Assembly (NCBI GenBank): GCA_963779615.1 | Contig: CAVZZA010000005.1 | Coordinates: 352,001-416,000 of the forward strand | Direction: 5' to 3' | Length of the DNA stretch: 64,000 nt | Source: an uncultured Nitrososphaeraceae archaeon | GTDB lineage: Archaea; Thermoproteota; Nitrososphaeria; Nitrososphaerales; Nitrososphaeraceae | Part shown: piece after piece, positions 37,499 through 49,253 of the stretch | Layout of the letters: each line of letters begins with the position of its first letter | Position numbering within the stretch: the stretch's first letter is position 1 | The notes under the pieces: model-generated | The model's database searches: none | What the model saw: the letters and a program-made list of their open reading frames with translations, nothing else | Told to the model about the DNA's origin: nothing | Position numbers and translations under genes: made by a program

Positions 37499-38377
37499 TC
37501 ATGTTTGCAGGTATCTGCTCAAAAAGTCCAATGTCTTTTTCCATGCGTCCGCTGTCTCTTTGGGGGCATAATTGTCGTTGGATGGATTTGCAAAAGCGTG
37601 CCCAACATTCGGATAAACATAAATCTCATTTGGTATTCCCGTGTCATTTAATGCCTTTTGGAACTGCTTGACAGATTCAACGGAAATTGACTGATCCTTG
37701 CCTCCAAATATTCCTAGCACTGGCCATGTGATATTCGAAATCGCCTGGGTGTCATTGGTTAGCCTGCCGTAGTAGATAATAGTGCCAGCAAGGGGGTCAT
37801 CCTTGCTGTTTATGGCCAATTGCAATGATTGCTGGCCTCCAAAGCACCAACCAAGAGACGCTATCTTTGTCGGGTTGACATTGTCAAGGGATCGTAGATA
37901 CTTTACAGCCGCTTTCATGTTTTCAATCGCAATGCCCGGGTTTTCCCTAATCACCCCGGTCAGTTCTCCTGAGCGGGTTTGGTTGTTTGTGATGACCTCG
38001 CCGTTAAAAAGGTCAACTGCTAATACCACATATCCGTTTTTTGCGAGAAGGTTGGCCGATTCTTTGACAGGGTCATTCAGTCCCCTGTTTTCATGAATCA
38101 TAACAACAGCTGGAAGTTTTGCCTTTTCTCCGCTTTGGTTTTGGCTCGGGTATACCAGGTAACCGGTGGTGTTTGAGCCAAAATATGCGACCGTCTTGTT
38201 TTCTGTTGGTTGGATAATAGCGGTGATGGAAGAATTTCCAGTACCAAAACTTACCATGGTCATTGCGGATAATCCAGTACTTCCTTGGGAGTAAACATTT
38301 TGCGTTGGTGCAGAAAGAAAGGAGGCTACAGCCAAAAGCGTCAGTATTGAAAAAGCAACATATTGTTTCATCAACAA
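37499..38377 (-). CDS. Dienelactone hydrolase family protein with signal peptide
   Basis: PAVVMIHE..GLN, GWCFGG nucleophile elbow, FGGKD and YPNVGHAFANPS motifs. Confidence 0.92.
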   Translation of the reverse strand: MLMKQYVAFSILTLLAVASFLSAPTQNVYSQGSTGLSAMTMVSFGTGNSSITAIIQPTENKTVAYFGSNTTGYLVYPSQNQSGEKAKLPAVVMIHENRGLNDPVKESANLLAKNGYVVLAVDLFNGEVITNNQTRSGELTGVIRENPGIAIENMKAAVKYLRSLDNVNPTKIASLGWCFGGQQSLQLAINSKDDPLAGTIIYYGRLTNDTQAISNITWPVLGIFGGKDQSISVESVKQFQKALNDTGIPNEIYVYPNVGHAFANPSNDNYAPKETADAWKKTLDFLSRYLQT

Positions 38378-38931
38378 ACTTTAAACACTATTGTTTTTAA
38401 CCATATATCAAAGCCTTTTGACCATCTTGACTTTTGGACCAACGCAATATAAAATCATCAAAAAATTTATTCGGGTTTTGTTTGTCTACTCTTGGACAAT
38501 ACATCAGCTTACTTTGTGGATTTGTTGTATCTAGAATAGTTGCATTTGGAAGGCATGTTGATGATCTTTGCGTAAAGATGAATGGAGGCAAGAGAGGGAA
38601 GGTGAGTGGAATCCTACTTGTGTAACGTGATGGACAGGAAATTTAGATTTTTTATCGGCTCCAAGATGTCAAATATCGACATATACGGAGCATCCAAGCC
38701 TTCAACCAAGAAATGAAGAATTTCCACAATAACAAGATTCATGTTAATTACACAACCAGAGACGATTATGATTATATTAAATAATATGGACAAGTTAAAT
38801 TCTCTCCAATGAAATTAAAGTTGTATCATATTTTGTGTAATTGTATTATTAGTGTTTGATTCATTTTCCATAAATGTAAATTTTTTTATGTTAAAAGAAG
38901 AGGATGATCCACTTTCCCCTTTTGGATTCAA

Positions 38932-41010
38932 CTATATTGGCGTCTTCAATCGGGCAATATCTCTTCCAAAAAACAGATCAATAGTCCAATCAATTAGCAC
39001 TCTAAATCTGTTTTGCCTTGCGGGTATTTTTTTAAGATAAAATCCTCTCCAAATCATCCATGCAACAGTACCCAATATTTTAAATCCGAAAATTATTGCC
39101 ACACCATTTCTTTTTCCAACTGTAGCCATTGTTCCCCTTGTTTTATAATTAAATCTAGAAAATGAGTATTGTTTTTTTGTAAGATCATATTTTATAAGAG
39201 AGACCAGATTACTTCCGGCTATCTCCCCTTGTCTTATTGCATGCTGTGCAGTGGGAGGACAAGGATGACCTGTTAGGGGGTCAATTACAGTTGCACAGTC
39301 ACCTACAGCAAAAACATTATCAAACCCTTTAACTTGCAAATACTCAGTGGTAATCAAGCGGCCCTTCTTATCTTTGGCAGAAGGAATATTTTGAATCACA
39401 TTTTCAGGTGTTACCCCAGCTGTCCATATTACAGTATAGGTTGAAATACGATAACCATTGTTTAAAATTGCGGTCAAAGACGCATCATCATCTCTTCCCA
39501 TATTTATTGAAAGTATCGATCCAAGTGGACTCTTATCTGTGTTATTAAAGCTACCGCCACTATTTTGCTTATCAATAGACCGGACAATATCATTGACTCT
39601 ATTTGACAAAATTATTTGTACTCCTGATTTTCTTAATTCCTCCATAGCATATTTTCCTAATGATTCATGCATTTCAGTTAATATCCTATCACCTGAACTT
39701 ACAAGAACAACTTTGATATCATTTAAATCGATATTATGATAATATTGCTTAACACTCTCTCTAATAAATTCATTAATTTCACCAACAGTTTCAACTCCAG
39801 AAAACCCTCCACCAACAACCACATATGTTAAAAGATTTCTTTTTCTTTTATATTCATCAGGTTTGTCATTATCGAATGTATCTGCCTGCTCTAGTGTAGT
39901 TATAATGTGACTCCTAAGGGAATTGGCATCATACAAGGTCTTCATGCTAAAAGAAGACTCCATAATTTTTTGGTTGTTATAGTAGTTGGTTTCACCTCCC
40001 AAAGAGATAAATAAATAATCATACTCTATCTGGAATTGATGAACAGCGTCTTTATTGGCATAGTCATTTTTGTCCAAAAATATGCTATTTCTTAAAAACA
40101 CTTTTCTTTTTTCTATGTCGATATTTTCAACCTCAGCTTCAATAAACCTTGCCCTTTTGCAAAATGACCTTAAGGGAATTGCTATGTGGGATGTTTCAAT
40201 CATTCCTGAAATTACTTCATGAAGCATGGGTGTAAAGAGAAGAAAATTATCTTTGTTTACTAAAGTAATATCAACATCAACGTCATCCTCGAAAGCTTTT
40301 TGTAGTTTCTTTATCGCTTCAATTCCTGCAAACCCACCCCCCAAAACTACAATTTTTTTTTGGGTTAACTTTTCTTGATGAACCTTGTGAAGGTGTCTTT
40401 TTATCATGTTTACTCTTGAAAAAGAAATGCGACATTTTGGACACTGAAACCGTTTTCCGAGTTTTATAGATAAAAAGGATGAAGTTAGGCCAAGTGTGAT
40501 TCCAAATATAAGATTTCTTGCATAATTTTGCAATAATGCAATTATCAGATTTTTTTGTAGATCATTTAATATGCTTTGCTGAGATGATGACGGATGCATC
40601 AAAGCAATGGTTTTTGCAGTTTCATGGTTAAGAATCAACTGTTGTATCGGAATTGACCATAACAAAAACACAACCGTGCCTGTAAACAAGCCATAAAACA
40701 ACCCATTAAGAGGCTTGCTTATTTCCAAGATTCCTGTTTTGTATAAAAACACTCCCAATACAATTCCTATAGAAGATGCGGTTAGAAAATGAATACCAAT
40801 TCCTGCTAAAATAGTATAATGCGAATATACACCAATCACATGTCCAAAGATGACCCAAATTGCATAATAGTCACCATTTCCATAAAAAAGGTCATAAATC
40901 ATACCTGGCAGCATCATCACTATTCCGCCAAGCAGAGCGCCCAATACGACAAAAAATATTTCTCGCCTTAAAGAAAAATCGATTCTTAATTTGCCAACAT
41001 TATAACTCAT
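38932..41010 (-). CDS. NDH-2-like FAD/NAD(P)H oxidoreductase with N-terminal membrane domain and C2H2 zinc finger
   Basis: Two Rossmann motifs (VVLGGGFAG, VVVGGGFSGVE), IWTAGV, FAVGDC and PPTAQHAIRQG; about four TM helices and CPKC...H...VH upstream. Confidence 0.9.
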   Translation of the reverse strand: MSYNVGKLRIDFSLRREIFFVVLGALLGGIVMMLPGMIYDLFYGNGDYYAIWVIFGHVIGVYSHYTILAGIGIHFLTASSIGIVLGVFLYKTGILEISKPLNGLFYGLFTGTVVFLLWSIPIQQLILNHETAKTIALMHPSSSQQSILNDLQKNLIIALLQNYARNLIFGITLGLTSSFLSIKLGKRFQCPKCRISFSRVNMIKRHLHKVHQEKLTQKKIVVLGGGFAGIEAIKKLQKAFEDDVDVDITLVNKDNFLLFTPMLHEVISGMIETSHIAIPLRSFCKRARFIEAEVENIDIEKRKVFLRNSIFLDKNDYANKDAVHQFQIEYDYLFISLGGETNYYNNQKIMESSFSMKTLYDANSLRSHIITTLEQADTFDNDKPDEYKRKRNLLTYVVVGGGFSGVETVGEINEFIRESVKQYYHNIDLNDIKVVLVSSGDRILTEMHESLGKYAMEELRKSGVQIILSNRVNDIVRSIDKQNSGGSFNNTDKSPLGSILSINMGRDDDASLTAILNNGYRISTYTVIWTAGVTPENVIQNIPSAKDKKGRLITTEYLQVKGFDNVFAVGDCATVIDPLTGHPCPPTAQHAIRQGEIAGSNLVSLIKYDLTKKQYSFSRFNYKTRGTMATVGKRNGVAIIFGFKILGTVAWMIWRGFYLKKIPARQNRFRVLIDWTIDLFFGRDIARLKTPI

Positions 41011-41497
41011 TTTTTTAAATTAAATAATTAAAACATATTAATTTATACAAATTGTAACAAATAAAAAAGTCTCATAATTTGTATTGTCAGTAAATTATGT
41101 TTAGCGACAAACCAATATTTCTTACAACAGTAATCACTTGATTGTCATTAAGGTTCATTTGAAAGAGGCATAAAACGATTTTTACATTCATAGACTCAGC
41201 ATTTTATTTATTGTTACAAAAAAGGTTAATCCTTGCTAGTGCAAATGACAGGAATTGTAATTATCCATTTTCTGCCCTTCATCAACATTTAGCGATAAAG
41301 CTTGTGCATTTTTAATAATCTAGAAAGGGTCCCTATTGAATATCTTTAACAAATGAAGATAGCACCAAAATTTTTATTGCAGTATTGTAAATCAATTTTG
41401 TGTGGTAAGTTGATAATTCAAATGCTAAAGACTTTCTAATGGATTGTCCCTATAGATTTCTTTATGCCCGTGTGTGTTTATAAATTATTTTGACTTT

Positions 41498-42028
41498 TTA
41501 GTGCACAATCAAAACAGGGCAATCTGACATTTCAGAAACATTTCTAGAAACACTGCCCAATGCCTTAACTTTGGATAGGCCCCCTAAACCTATGTTTCCT
41601 ATAACTATCAGATCTATGTTTTCTTTATTTGAAAATTTAATAATGTTCTCTGCAATAGAACTATTGCTACCACCAACAAGTATTTCTGTTCCTATCAGCA
41701 TCTCAGGGGATTCATATTTTTTTTTAATAGCGGAAAGCCTGTCTGCCCACTCTATCTGGATTGCTTCATTCATTTCTTTAATGTAGTCAGTTAGCGTAAT
41801 CGTTTTACCGGTTTTGATGGATTTCGTAGGTTTTTCAAATCCCAGGGGAATATGAAAATGTGGGATAACACTTAGTATTATAATTTCCTTCTTTGGGGTG
41901 CCTTTATTATCGTCGTTTTTGTCATTATCCATAGTAAGTTGTTGTTGAAGCTTTACTGCATATTCTAATGCTTTTTCTGATTGACTTGAACCGTCAATAG
42001 GAGATAATATTTTCAAAGGGAATACCAT
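41498..42028 (-). CDS. Universal stress protein
   Basis: KILSPIDGS..SEKALEYA, DLIVIG..G and LGSVS......SDCPVLIV motifs. Confidence 0.92.
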   Translation of the reverse strand: MVFPLKILSPIDGSSQSEKALEYAVKLQQQLTMDNDKNDDNKGTPKKEIIILSVIPHFHIPLGFEKPTKSIKTGKTITLTDYIKEMNEAIQIEWADRLSAIKKKYESPEMLIGTEILVGGSNSSIAENIIKFSNKENIDLIVIGNIGLGGLSKVKALGSVSRNVSEMSDCPVLIVH

Positions 42029-42440
42029 TATTCGGAATTATATATCGTATTTATTCTTTCTTTTCTCCATATGGAAAATCAATTTTATGACTCGCTGTTT
42101 ATTTGCCTAACAACTCTATTCATGTGAATTTTGGTTACGGGTCATGGCATAAATAATACATTTCATATGCGATTGTAACTCAATAGTGTAGTCGATCTAT
42201 CAACCCACTGGAAAATCAATTATTTTGACAGAGAGAAAGACGAATAAATCCTTCATTAACTTGTTAGAATGCATTTTATGCTATCGATAACACACATAGA
42301 CAAAAACAACCTATCATGTCAATAATTGGTTTAACATATTCATAGGCAAGCAACAAAAAAGTGACATATCGAGTGAGGCATCTGGAGCTATGGCCACTCT
42401 AAAACAAATTTTTATAATCCTCTTTCAACCAAATTAACAT

Positions 42441-42926
42441 ATGCCAACTACAACTACAAACCCCAGTGCGACTACCACTAGTCAAAAGACAATAATATCC
42501 AAAATATTAGTTGCAATAGATGGGTCTGACGCTTCAATGGATGCAGCAGATTATGCCATCTCCATATCTGAAAAATACAATGCAGAACTTTATGCTTTGC
42601 ACGTTATACATCCAGCTGACGTTGACTTGTTACCCGGAACGGATCAAACACCTGATTACTCTGTGGTGGTAAACACAAACAAAGAATTTCAGGATCATTT
42701 GGATAAAGTTAAACTCAAAGCAAACGAATATGCCATCACCATAAAAACAGAAACTATTGCTGCCATAAATGTGGCAGGAGGCATAGTAGATTATGCAGAA
42801 GGCAAAAGTACTGATCTTATTGTTGTTGGAACAAGAGGAAAATCCGGCATCAAGAAGGCATTGCTTGGTAGTGTTGCAGCAAATGTTGTAACTTATGCAC
42901 ATTGTCCTGTATTAGTAATAAAATAG
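42441..42926 (+). CDS. Universal stress protein
   Basis: KILVAIDGS, DLIVVGTRGKSG and LLGSVA..VVTYAHCPVLVIK motifs. Confidence 0.95.
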   Translation: MPTTTTNPSATTTSQKTIISKILVAIDGSDASMDAADYAISISEKYNAELYALHVIHPADVDLLPGTDQTPDYSVVVNTNKEFQDHLDKVKLKANEYAITIKTETIAAINVAGGIVDYAEGKSTDLIVVGTRGKSGIKKALLGSVAANVVTYAHCPVLVIK

Positions 42927-43369
42927 TACCTGCCTCAAATTTACAGATGACACGACGAGACAACTTGTTACCAAAAGGTTAAATGATATTGATAGTAACA
43001 ATAAGCATTTCATGGCTCATCCTTTTCGGAAGTAAATCTTATGTTTATTTCTTGTACCTTGCGGCTTTAGGGAAAGAATCAAGTCATCATAGTAATACAG
43101 TAATCAAAAGACGCACATCTTTGGCCTAATTTGGCTATGGTGACAACAGTAAATAGAACGCAAAATATAGCAAATAGACTACTGTTACTAATACCAATAA
43201 GATGATTGCATTAGAGGTTGACAGAACTACCGGCATGGGGAACTGTCAAGAATTTGGTTTATTGAATCAGCAGGCTTTTGTTCTTTATTTCATAATCAAC
43301 CTATCTAGATGGGATTGGCAAATTGCTTATTGGTGATATACCGGCCTTCTTGTGACAGATCCCGGTTCG

Positions 43370-43705
43370 ACTTGGAGAGATTCTTTTTTTTGCATGGAAA
43401 GTAGTCATCAAAACTTTCAGTTCTGTCTTTGATACACTGCATAGCCCCCTCAATGACGCTTTTCTCGTAAGGGGAATGGATGTGATGCTGTAGTTTCAGG
43501 AACATGCATATGCTTGTGGACACCATGTACCTCTCCATCAGTAGAAACAGGATGCTACCCATGTTTTTCCACAATGGCGGATTGAAGAGCTCTGCTACAA
43601 ACATGTTTTGATCTATTGAAATGCTTACTGCAAGAATTTCCTTGTTTTTAGGCTCTATTGCAACCCAAAGCAGAATAAATTCTGAGCCAACTTTGACAAG
43701 TGGGG
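43370..43705 (-). mobile_element. IS6-family transposase remnant
   Basis: LVKVGSEFILLWVAIEPKNKEIL and EKSVIEGAMQCIKDRTESFDDYFPC align with the intact transposase at 12869; frameshifted and truncated. Confidence 0.85.
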
Positions 43706-43709
43706 TATT

Positions 43710-46191
43710 TCAAGGATTGTCATTATAACAGAAGAAGTTAAATCTGCAATTTTCCAGCAGCAACTGGTTTTCAATAGCATTGTCAAGTGTCGAAATAAAA
43801 AACTTGTTTATCGATTTATACATCTCGGATAATAATTGTGAATATCTTTTTTCATCATACCTAAAATGACTTTTGTCAATCAACTCTATGGGCAATGCTC
43901 TCTCCAAATGATTCTTGTTATAAAAGTCGGTAACAACATATTTGATTTCTTCACCTGCATGCAAAGATTTACCGTTATTGGACAATATCTTTAGGACGCA
44001 ATTTTCTATGGTGTCTCTGCTTGAGGTACTCATCAACATCTTTGGAAATCCTTTTTGTAAATGTAAGGTCAGAAAGCGATACTTTTCTAGAAAAAATAAA
44101 ATTTTGGTATCTGTTGTATATGTCGTCTAAAGCATGTATTGATTGCTTGATTTCTTCTACCCTGTTGAATCTGGAAATAGCCTGCAACAGTTCGTCTTGA
44201 AAATCAATGAATAGCTGAGGTGTATCGTGTCTTCTTGATTCTATCCCTCGCGCCTTTATTGCCCCATCTTCAAAAACACCAAAGTACCTGTTTAGTGCAG
44301 GCAATTGGGGATTTGCTTTAGAGGAATCAAACACAATCCATTTGTAAATGCCCTCAAAGGATATGGAAAACCCTGTTTGCTCCTCTATGTCTTTTTTCAA
44401 ATCCATGTAACGATTTGCAGGATCATGTGAATGACTTGAGTTATTATTAAAACCATTTTTTTCTCTTACCCAGATGGAATCAACTATTCCATGTATCACT
44501 TCAAATCCATGCTTCTCTGCTATTTTGGATGTTTTCAATAGTATGTCTCGCGCAAATGCACACACTGCGATGTGAGCGTCTATCCTTCCAAACTTTGAGT
44601 TGCTAAACCCAAGATAACCAAAGGAAGTAACCAGGATCCATTTCAATGCGGTTTGCCTGTTGTCATAACGGTTTTTCAACTGTTCATTTTTGCCTAGTGA
44701 GTTAGTGAAGCTGTTTTTTCTTTTTTTGTATTCCAGTCGTCTGGTCAGAACGGTTTTTAAGGACAATGGCACTATACCCATCCTTTCTTTGCACAAATGA
44801 TACAGGTGTTCAAGATCTGGAACTTTATTGTCCGATTCTGATTTGCAGCAATCACAATTGATTGTATCTGAGGAAATGTTTTTCTTTAGCATAATGTTTG
44901 GATAAAGGGACACAAAATCAAATTCTGCAATGTTGTCATATGCTCCGGGTTTTGATTCAAAAACAAATCCTCCTCTGTCTGCCTTTAGCAGATCAGAAAA
45001 CGATTTGAATATCTCGCATACTATAGGTTTCCAAGGTATGAGAATATCTTTTTTTTGTGCATTGTAAAAATACAAACTGCTAAGGCATTTACCGATAGTG
45101 GATCTTGATGCAAGTTGCAGCGGTATTCTGCAAACTCTGGACAATTCTGCTAATCCATCTAGCCCATTATCCTTGTAAATAAAGGAACTGTTGATGTCTA
45201 TGTGAATCCGGCCGTATAAAAAAAACGGTTTTGGTTTGAAATGCACTTTTCCATAGGAGACATAAGAAGATGCTGAATACAAATCGGGGTTCGGGTCTGT
45301 AGATGTGGATGTTACGTTTTGCCCTATTAGCGGCAAGTTTTTTTTTATTAAATACTCCATGTTTGATTCCCGGTTTAGATTTACCAATAACTGGGTTTCA
45401 ATCTTATTGGCTTTGGCTCTGTGAAACAAATGGGGAAATAGAAACTGATCTCCTCCCGTGGTCAGGATTATGTCCGGGTTTATCCTGTTGATCTCATAAG
45501 CAAATTCTAGTATTGTCTCAAGCTCGGTATCCTCCAATATGGAAAACTTTTCGTTGACGTCATTGTCTTTGTCAAATGACACAACCTTTATCTTTAAAAT
45601 TTTATCATTGAAATCATTGGCAATTGTTTTTTTCTCCGAGATTATGTCGAAAGACAAAAACCTGAAATTTGGAAGGATGTAATCAAATGAATCCATGCTA
45701 TCGCTTTTATCGTTGATTAGGCGATGTAAAGCCAGTCCATTTCTTGCTTGGGGTTTTTCTTCTATGTTGTATAAGCCAAGTGGGTAGATATCCTTTTCAT
45801 ACAAAAATGATTGTTCAGTGGATACATCCACATTGTATAGCCTGTAATGTCCAAACCTTTTGCAAAGCTTCTCAATGCTTTTTGCTAATGCGATTATTTG
45901 AGACGAGTCATTTACAGTTAACTTTAAAACCTCTTTCTTGCCTTGTTCATGTGGATACTCATACTTTTCTTTGAATTCAAATTCTTTGACAAAAGACGAA
46001 ATTTGGCTGTTTTTTATTAGGGATACTAATTCAGACTTTGTGTCGGATGCAGCATATATGTATGGAGACCAAGGATACTCCAGTCTTTTTACACCCTCTT
46101 TTTTTTCCTTTATCCATAAAACTGTCCTGTCTTTTAGGTGATAGATGTCAAATAGCCAACCGTTACTAATCATTGTCAAGCTTTTCACCAA
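43710..46191 (-). pseudogene. polB2: Family B DNA polymerase, PolB2 group, with a +1 frameshift near the C-terminus
   Basis: DFVSLYPNIM, LKWILVTSFGYLG and IHGIVDS (PolB2-type substitutions). The frame breaks near 44027 (GAGTAC-C-TCAAGCAGAGAC); the tail GEEIKYVVTD...YDEKRYSQLL is in ORF 43710-44039. Confidence 0.85.
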
Positions 46192-46196
46192 AGGAT

Positions 46197-46316
46197 TTAA
46201 GGCATCAGGTTGATCGGGAAACTTTTGATTTGCTTATCTAGACATTCCCTAAAGTGCATCCAATTTAATCTTTCTGCATCTGTTAACATTCTAAAAGAAG
46301 GAATGATGCTAACCAT
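46197..46316 (-). pseudogene. Truncated PolB2-associated small protein (arCOG07300-like)
   Basis: MVSIIPSFRMLTDAERLNWMHFRECLDK resembles the recalled MGRTIPSFR......W..FR..L N-terminus; stops after 39 aa. Confidence 0.55.
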
Positions 46317-46815
46317 TAGACTACACTTGCGTCAGTTGAAAAACATTTGTTGAATTGTTAATTTTGCCAATGTGGGATGATATGTAGTTATTAAGATTGT
46401 TTAATGCAGTTTTTATTGACAATTTTATTTCCTGTTTTTTTTTATTCATGTCATTTAGTTAGAGGATATGTTAATATGTGTTACGCAGTGTAAACTTACC
46501 TTATACGATGTAAATGCCTAAATAATAATTTTATACATTGTCATGCGGTCTTATCATTTATGCATTTGATCTAAACTGTTGAGCTAGTTACACCACAAGT
46601 AAATATTGTCAACATTCATCTTCTTTAAGGAGTCTTCCAAAGTGCCTGTCGATATGCTGGGCACAAGCGCCCTGTTCTTAAACCGCAGGCTCCATTCAAT
46701 GAACATATCTACCTGCTTTGCCATATAACAAAAAGAATGCCATATCGTTCAAAAACCCCTTTTCGAAATTTAACGCGTAATTGTCCGTATTAAAGCATGT
46801 TATTCATTACTTGAC

Positions 46816-47388
46816 ATGTCTAAATCAAATCCCAAAGACATTATGACAAAAAAATTCATTTTGGAGTTAAATGAAGCCCTTGCTTTCGAGAACGCAGGCA
46901 TGGAATGGCTTCAAACTCGAATTGGAGAAATCAGCATACCAGAGGCCAAACAACAAATGCAACACCATTTGCAAGAAAGTCTAGAGCACCAAAAAAGGCT
47001 GCAAAATCTAATAACTTCCATGGGGGGAGAGCCCACCCAACTCAAGGTGGGGTTGCCATTGCCATCATATCCAGACACCATAAGGAAAATGATGGATAAT
47101 TCAATGACAGCACATGAGTGGGAGCTAAAAAAGACAGAGCATGACCTGATCATAGAAAATGCAGAAGTCTCATGTTACCTTATGCTGATAGAGAAAGCGC
47201 AAATGACAAAAGGAGAATTTCCAAATGCAGCAGAGCCACTATTGCTGAATTTAAAAGATGAGCAGAACATGGTTGAATGGATAAAGACCAATTCTCCCGA
47301 AATGCTGTCAAAGTTGTGGCCAAAGATACAGTCAGCAATAGAAACCACAGATGTCGATTCCGATTCTTCACCAGCATCATCAGCATAA
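46816..47388 (+). CDS. Ferritin-like DUF892 family protein
   Basis: LNEALAFEN, HHLQES..H..RL, ENAEVSCY and L.DE..M helical metal-ligand pattern. Confidence 0.8.
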   Translation: MSKSNPKDIMTKKFILELNEALAFENAGMEWLQTRIGEISIPEAKQQMQHHLQESLEHQKRLQNLITSMGGEPTQLKVGLPLPSYPDTIRKMMDNSMTAHEWELKKTEHDLIIENAEVSCYLMLIEKAQMTKGEFPNAAEPLLLNLKDEQNMVEWIKTNSPEMLSKLWPKIQSAIETTDVDSDSSPASSA

Positions 47389-47815
47389 AATGCACAGAAT
47401 CTTCTCAATTAATAAAAATCCAATAAATGGCCTCCAGAGATTCCAAGGCTCCGCCTTTATTAAATACCAAAGTCTATTGGTAATTAAGGCATGCCTTCAC
47501 GATACAAACTGAGTATATGTTCAAATAACTTGCCTTTCTGCAATTGGACTCTAGACATGAATGCTTCGGAGCAAATTGATGCACTGCCGTATTAAGGAGG
47601 TTGATATTACACAATTTTCTCTTGAGGGATTGGTTGAATCCTTTCTGTAGGTTTTCAACAACAAAAATTTTTATTTTTTACCAAACATTATAGGAAAAAT
47701 AATGAAAACATCTTGACACAATTAAATCCATACGTCACTATTTTTCTTTGGATGACTAACTAAATTTATGGAGAAAATAAATCTGTTTATCGCTAAAAAG
47801 AAATGGCGATAAAAG

Positions 47816-48303
47816 GTGGAGAATAAAGATTTAATCGAATTAGAAATCAAGGAAATTGTAAATAGAGAAACCCAAGCATGGAGTAATAAGGATGTAGAGA
47901 ATCTATTGAGTGTATTCCATCCAGACACGGTGTGGCCATGGCCCAGAACATCCGAATCACATGACCCTACGGATTGGATTTTTGGAATGGGACGGTTTAA
48001 CCATCAATGATGGAAAAAGGGTTATAGTGAATTGTTTGGATCTCACAAATTAATTCACAATGTTCGAGAAATCCGGAAAATAGTTATTTCAGATGAAGGT
48101 GATGGAGCCTTTGCAGTCGTTGATGTAGATACCTTGTGGAAGAACATAAAGACAAAAGAAGATTTTCATTGGAAAGGCAAAGCATGCATGCAAAATCCAC
48201 ACAAGGATGGCAATAGATGGCAAATGGAAAACGATTGCACATACTGGTTTACTTGACTATGGAAAAAAAGAATATGAGCTAACTAATACACACTCAATTA
48301 ATT
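47816..48303 (+). pseudogene. SnoaL/NTF2-like protein, disrupted
   Basis: ET.AW...DVE.LL..FHPD.VWPW, in-frame TGA at 48008, DGAFAVVDVDTLW, then a 4-bp ATGC duplication near 48185 before KWK.IAHTGLLDY. Confidence 0.8.
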
Positions 48304-48604
48304 AATAAAATCAAAATAACCGCAGGTTTTCATCAAAAGGTTCAAATTTTAATTCCATGTTTTGATGTTCTTCTTTACTGTATCTAAACTAAGTATATCT
48401 TGCATATATTACACACAATGGCTAATGGCCAAGTTAATAAACAAAAATATTGGAAAAACACCATAGTAACCGTAGTATCGTCGCAATACTGAATAAAGTT
48501 TTGATTTGGATAAACCAAAAGATAATGATTATTCCCTAAGAGTACAGATAGACTACCACAATACGACTAAATTATCGATATAGTTCCGGATTTTATTATC
48601 TTTA

Positions 48605-49125
48605 TGACCCTTTCACGATTTTTGGCATTATACTCACACGATTTCAACTCCTTTTTCCTTCAGCGTGGGCGACAATTCATTGAGTTTCCTTGACAGCGAG
48701 TTTGGGGCGGGTGGCCATAACTTGTTATTAGAAAAACCAGACCCATTATCTATTGGTGTCAATATTTGAGAGTTCTGAAGCTGTTCCTTCCCAACTATCC
48801 ATATCCTCTAAAAACTGAAGCAGAATTTTGCCACCATGGATGACTCCATTACCTCCTCGTTTTGGATCATGTTTTCAAAGTATGCCTCGACAAACTCATT
48901 TTCTGCATAACCAATGCACCTTGACACTATCACCGGATTCGGCAAAGTCTGCCATCCTCGGGTATTCACTTGGTTTGATTTTCTCAGGGTTTTCCTTCCA
49001 AGCCTATAAAATCAAAAAATTTCTCCATCCTTTTTTTTGTATTTCTCTCTGGTCAATGGCGACCTTAGAGCAAACAAATACAGTTTCCAGATACCAATCT
49101 CCTCATTATTTTTGAGTTCTGGCAC
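48605..49125 (-). pseudogene. Chimeric remnant: integrase N-terminus joined to the C-terminus of a primase/helicase-type replication protein
   Basis: WKLYLFALRSPLTREKY..MEKFFDFIGL (integrase-like), then PRMADFAE, SRCIGYAENEF, WEGTASEL and WPPAPNSLSRKLNELSPTLKEKGVEI in broken frames; families recognised from recall. Confidence 0.65.
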
Positions 49126-49179
49126 CTTTTTCTTTACACCTTTAATTCGTAGAACCCACTTAAAAAAACGTTACGGGTA

Positions 49180-49253
49180 TGGACCGAGTGGGATTCGAAC
49201 CCACGACCTCGGCAATGCCAATGCCGTATCCTACCAGGCTAGACGATCGGCCC
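49180..49253 (-). tRNA. tRNA-Ala(GGC)
   Basis: GGGCCGA/TCGGTCC acceptor stem, CGGCA-TTGGCAT-TGCCG anticodon arm, GTTCGAATC T-loop, discriminator A; CCA not encoded. Confidence 0.96.

Noticed and set aside
43216-43250. Short inverted repeat TTGACAG...CTGTCAA, possibly abutting IS ends
   Set aside because: Only 7 bp, does not match the IS6 IR seen in this window well, and has no target duplication.
48008-48010. In-frame TGA as selenocysteine or readthrough
   Set aside because: The same gene has a later 4-bp frameshift, so ordinary pseudogenisation is the simpler explanation.
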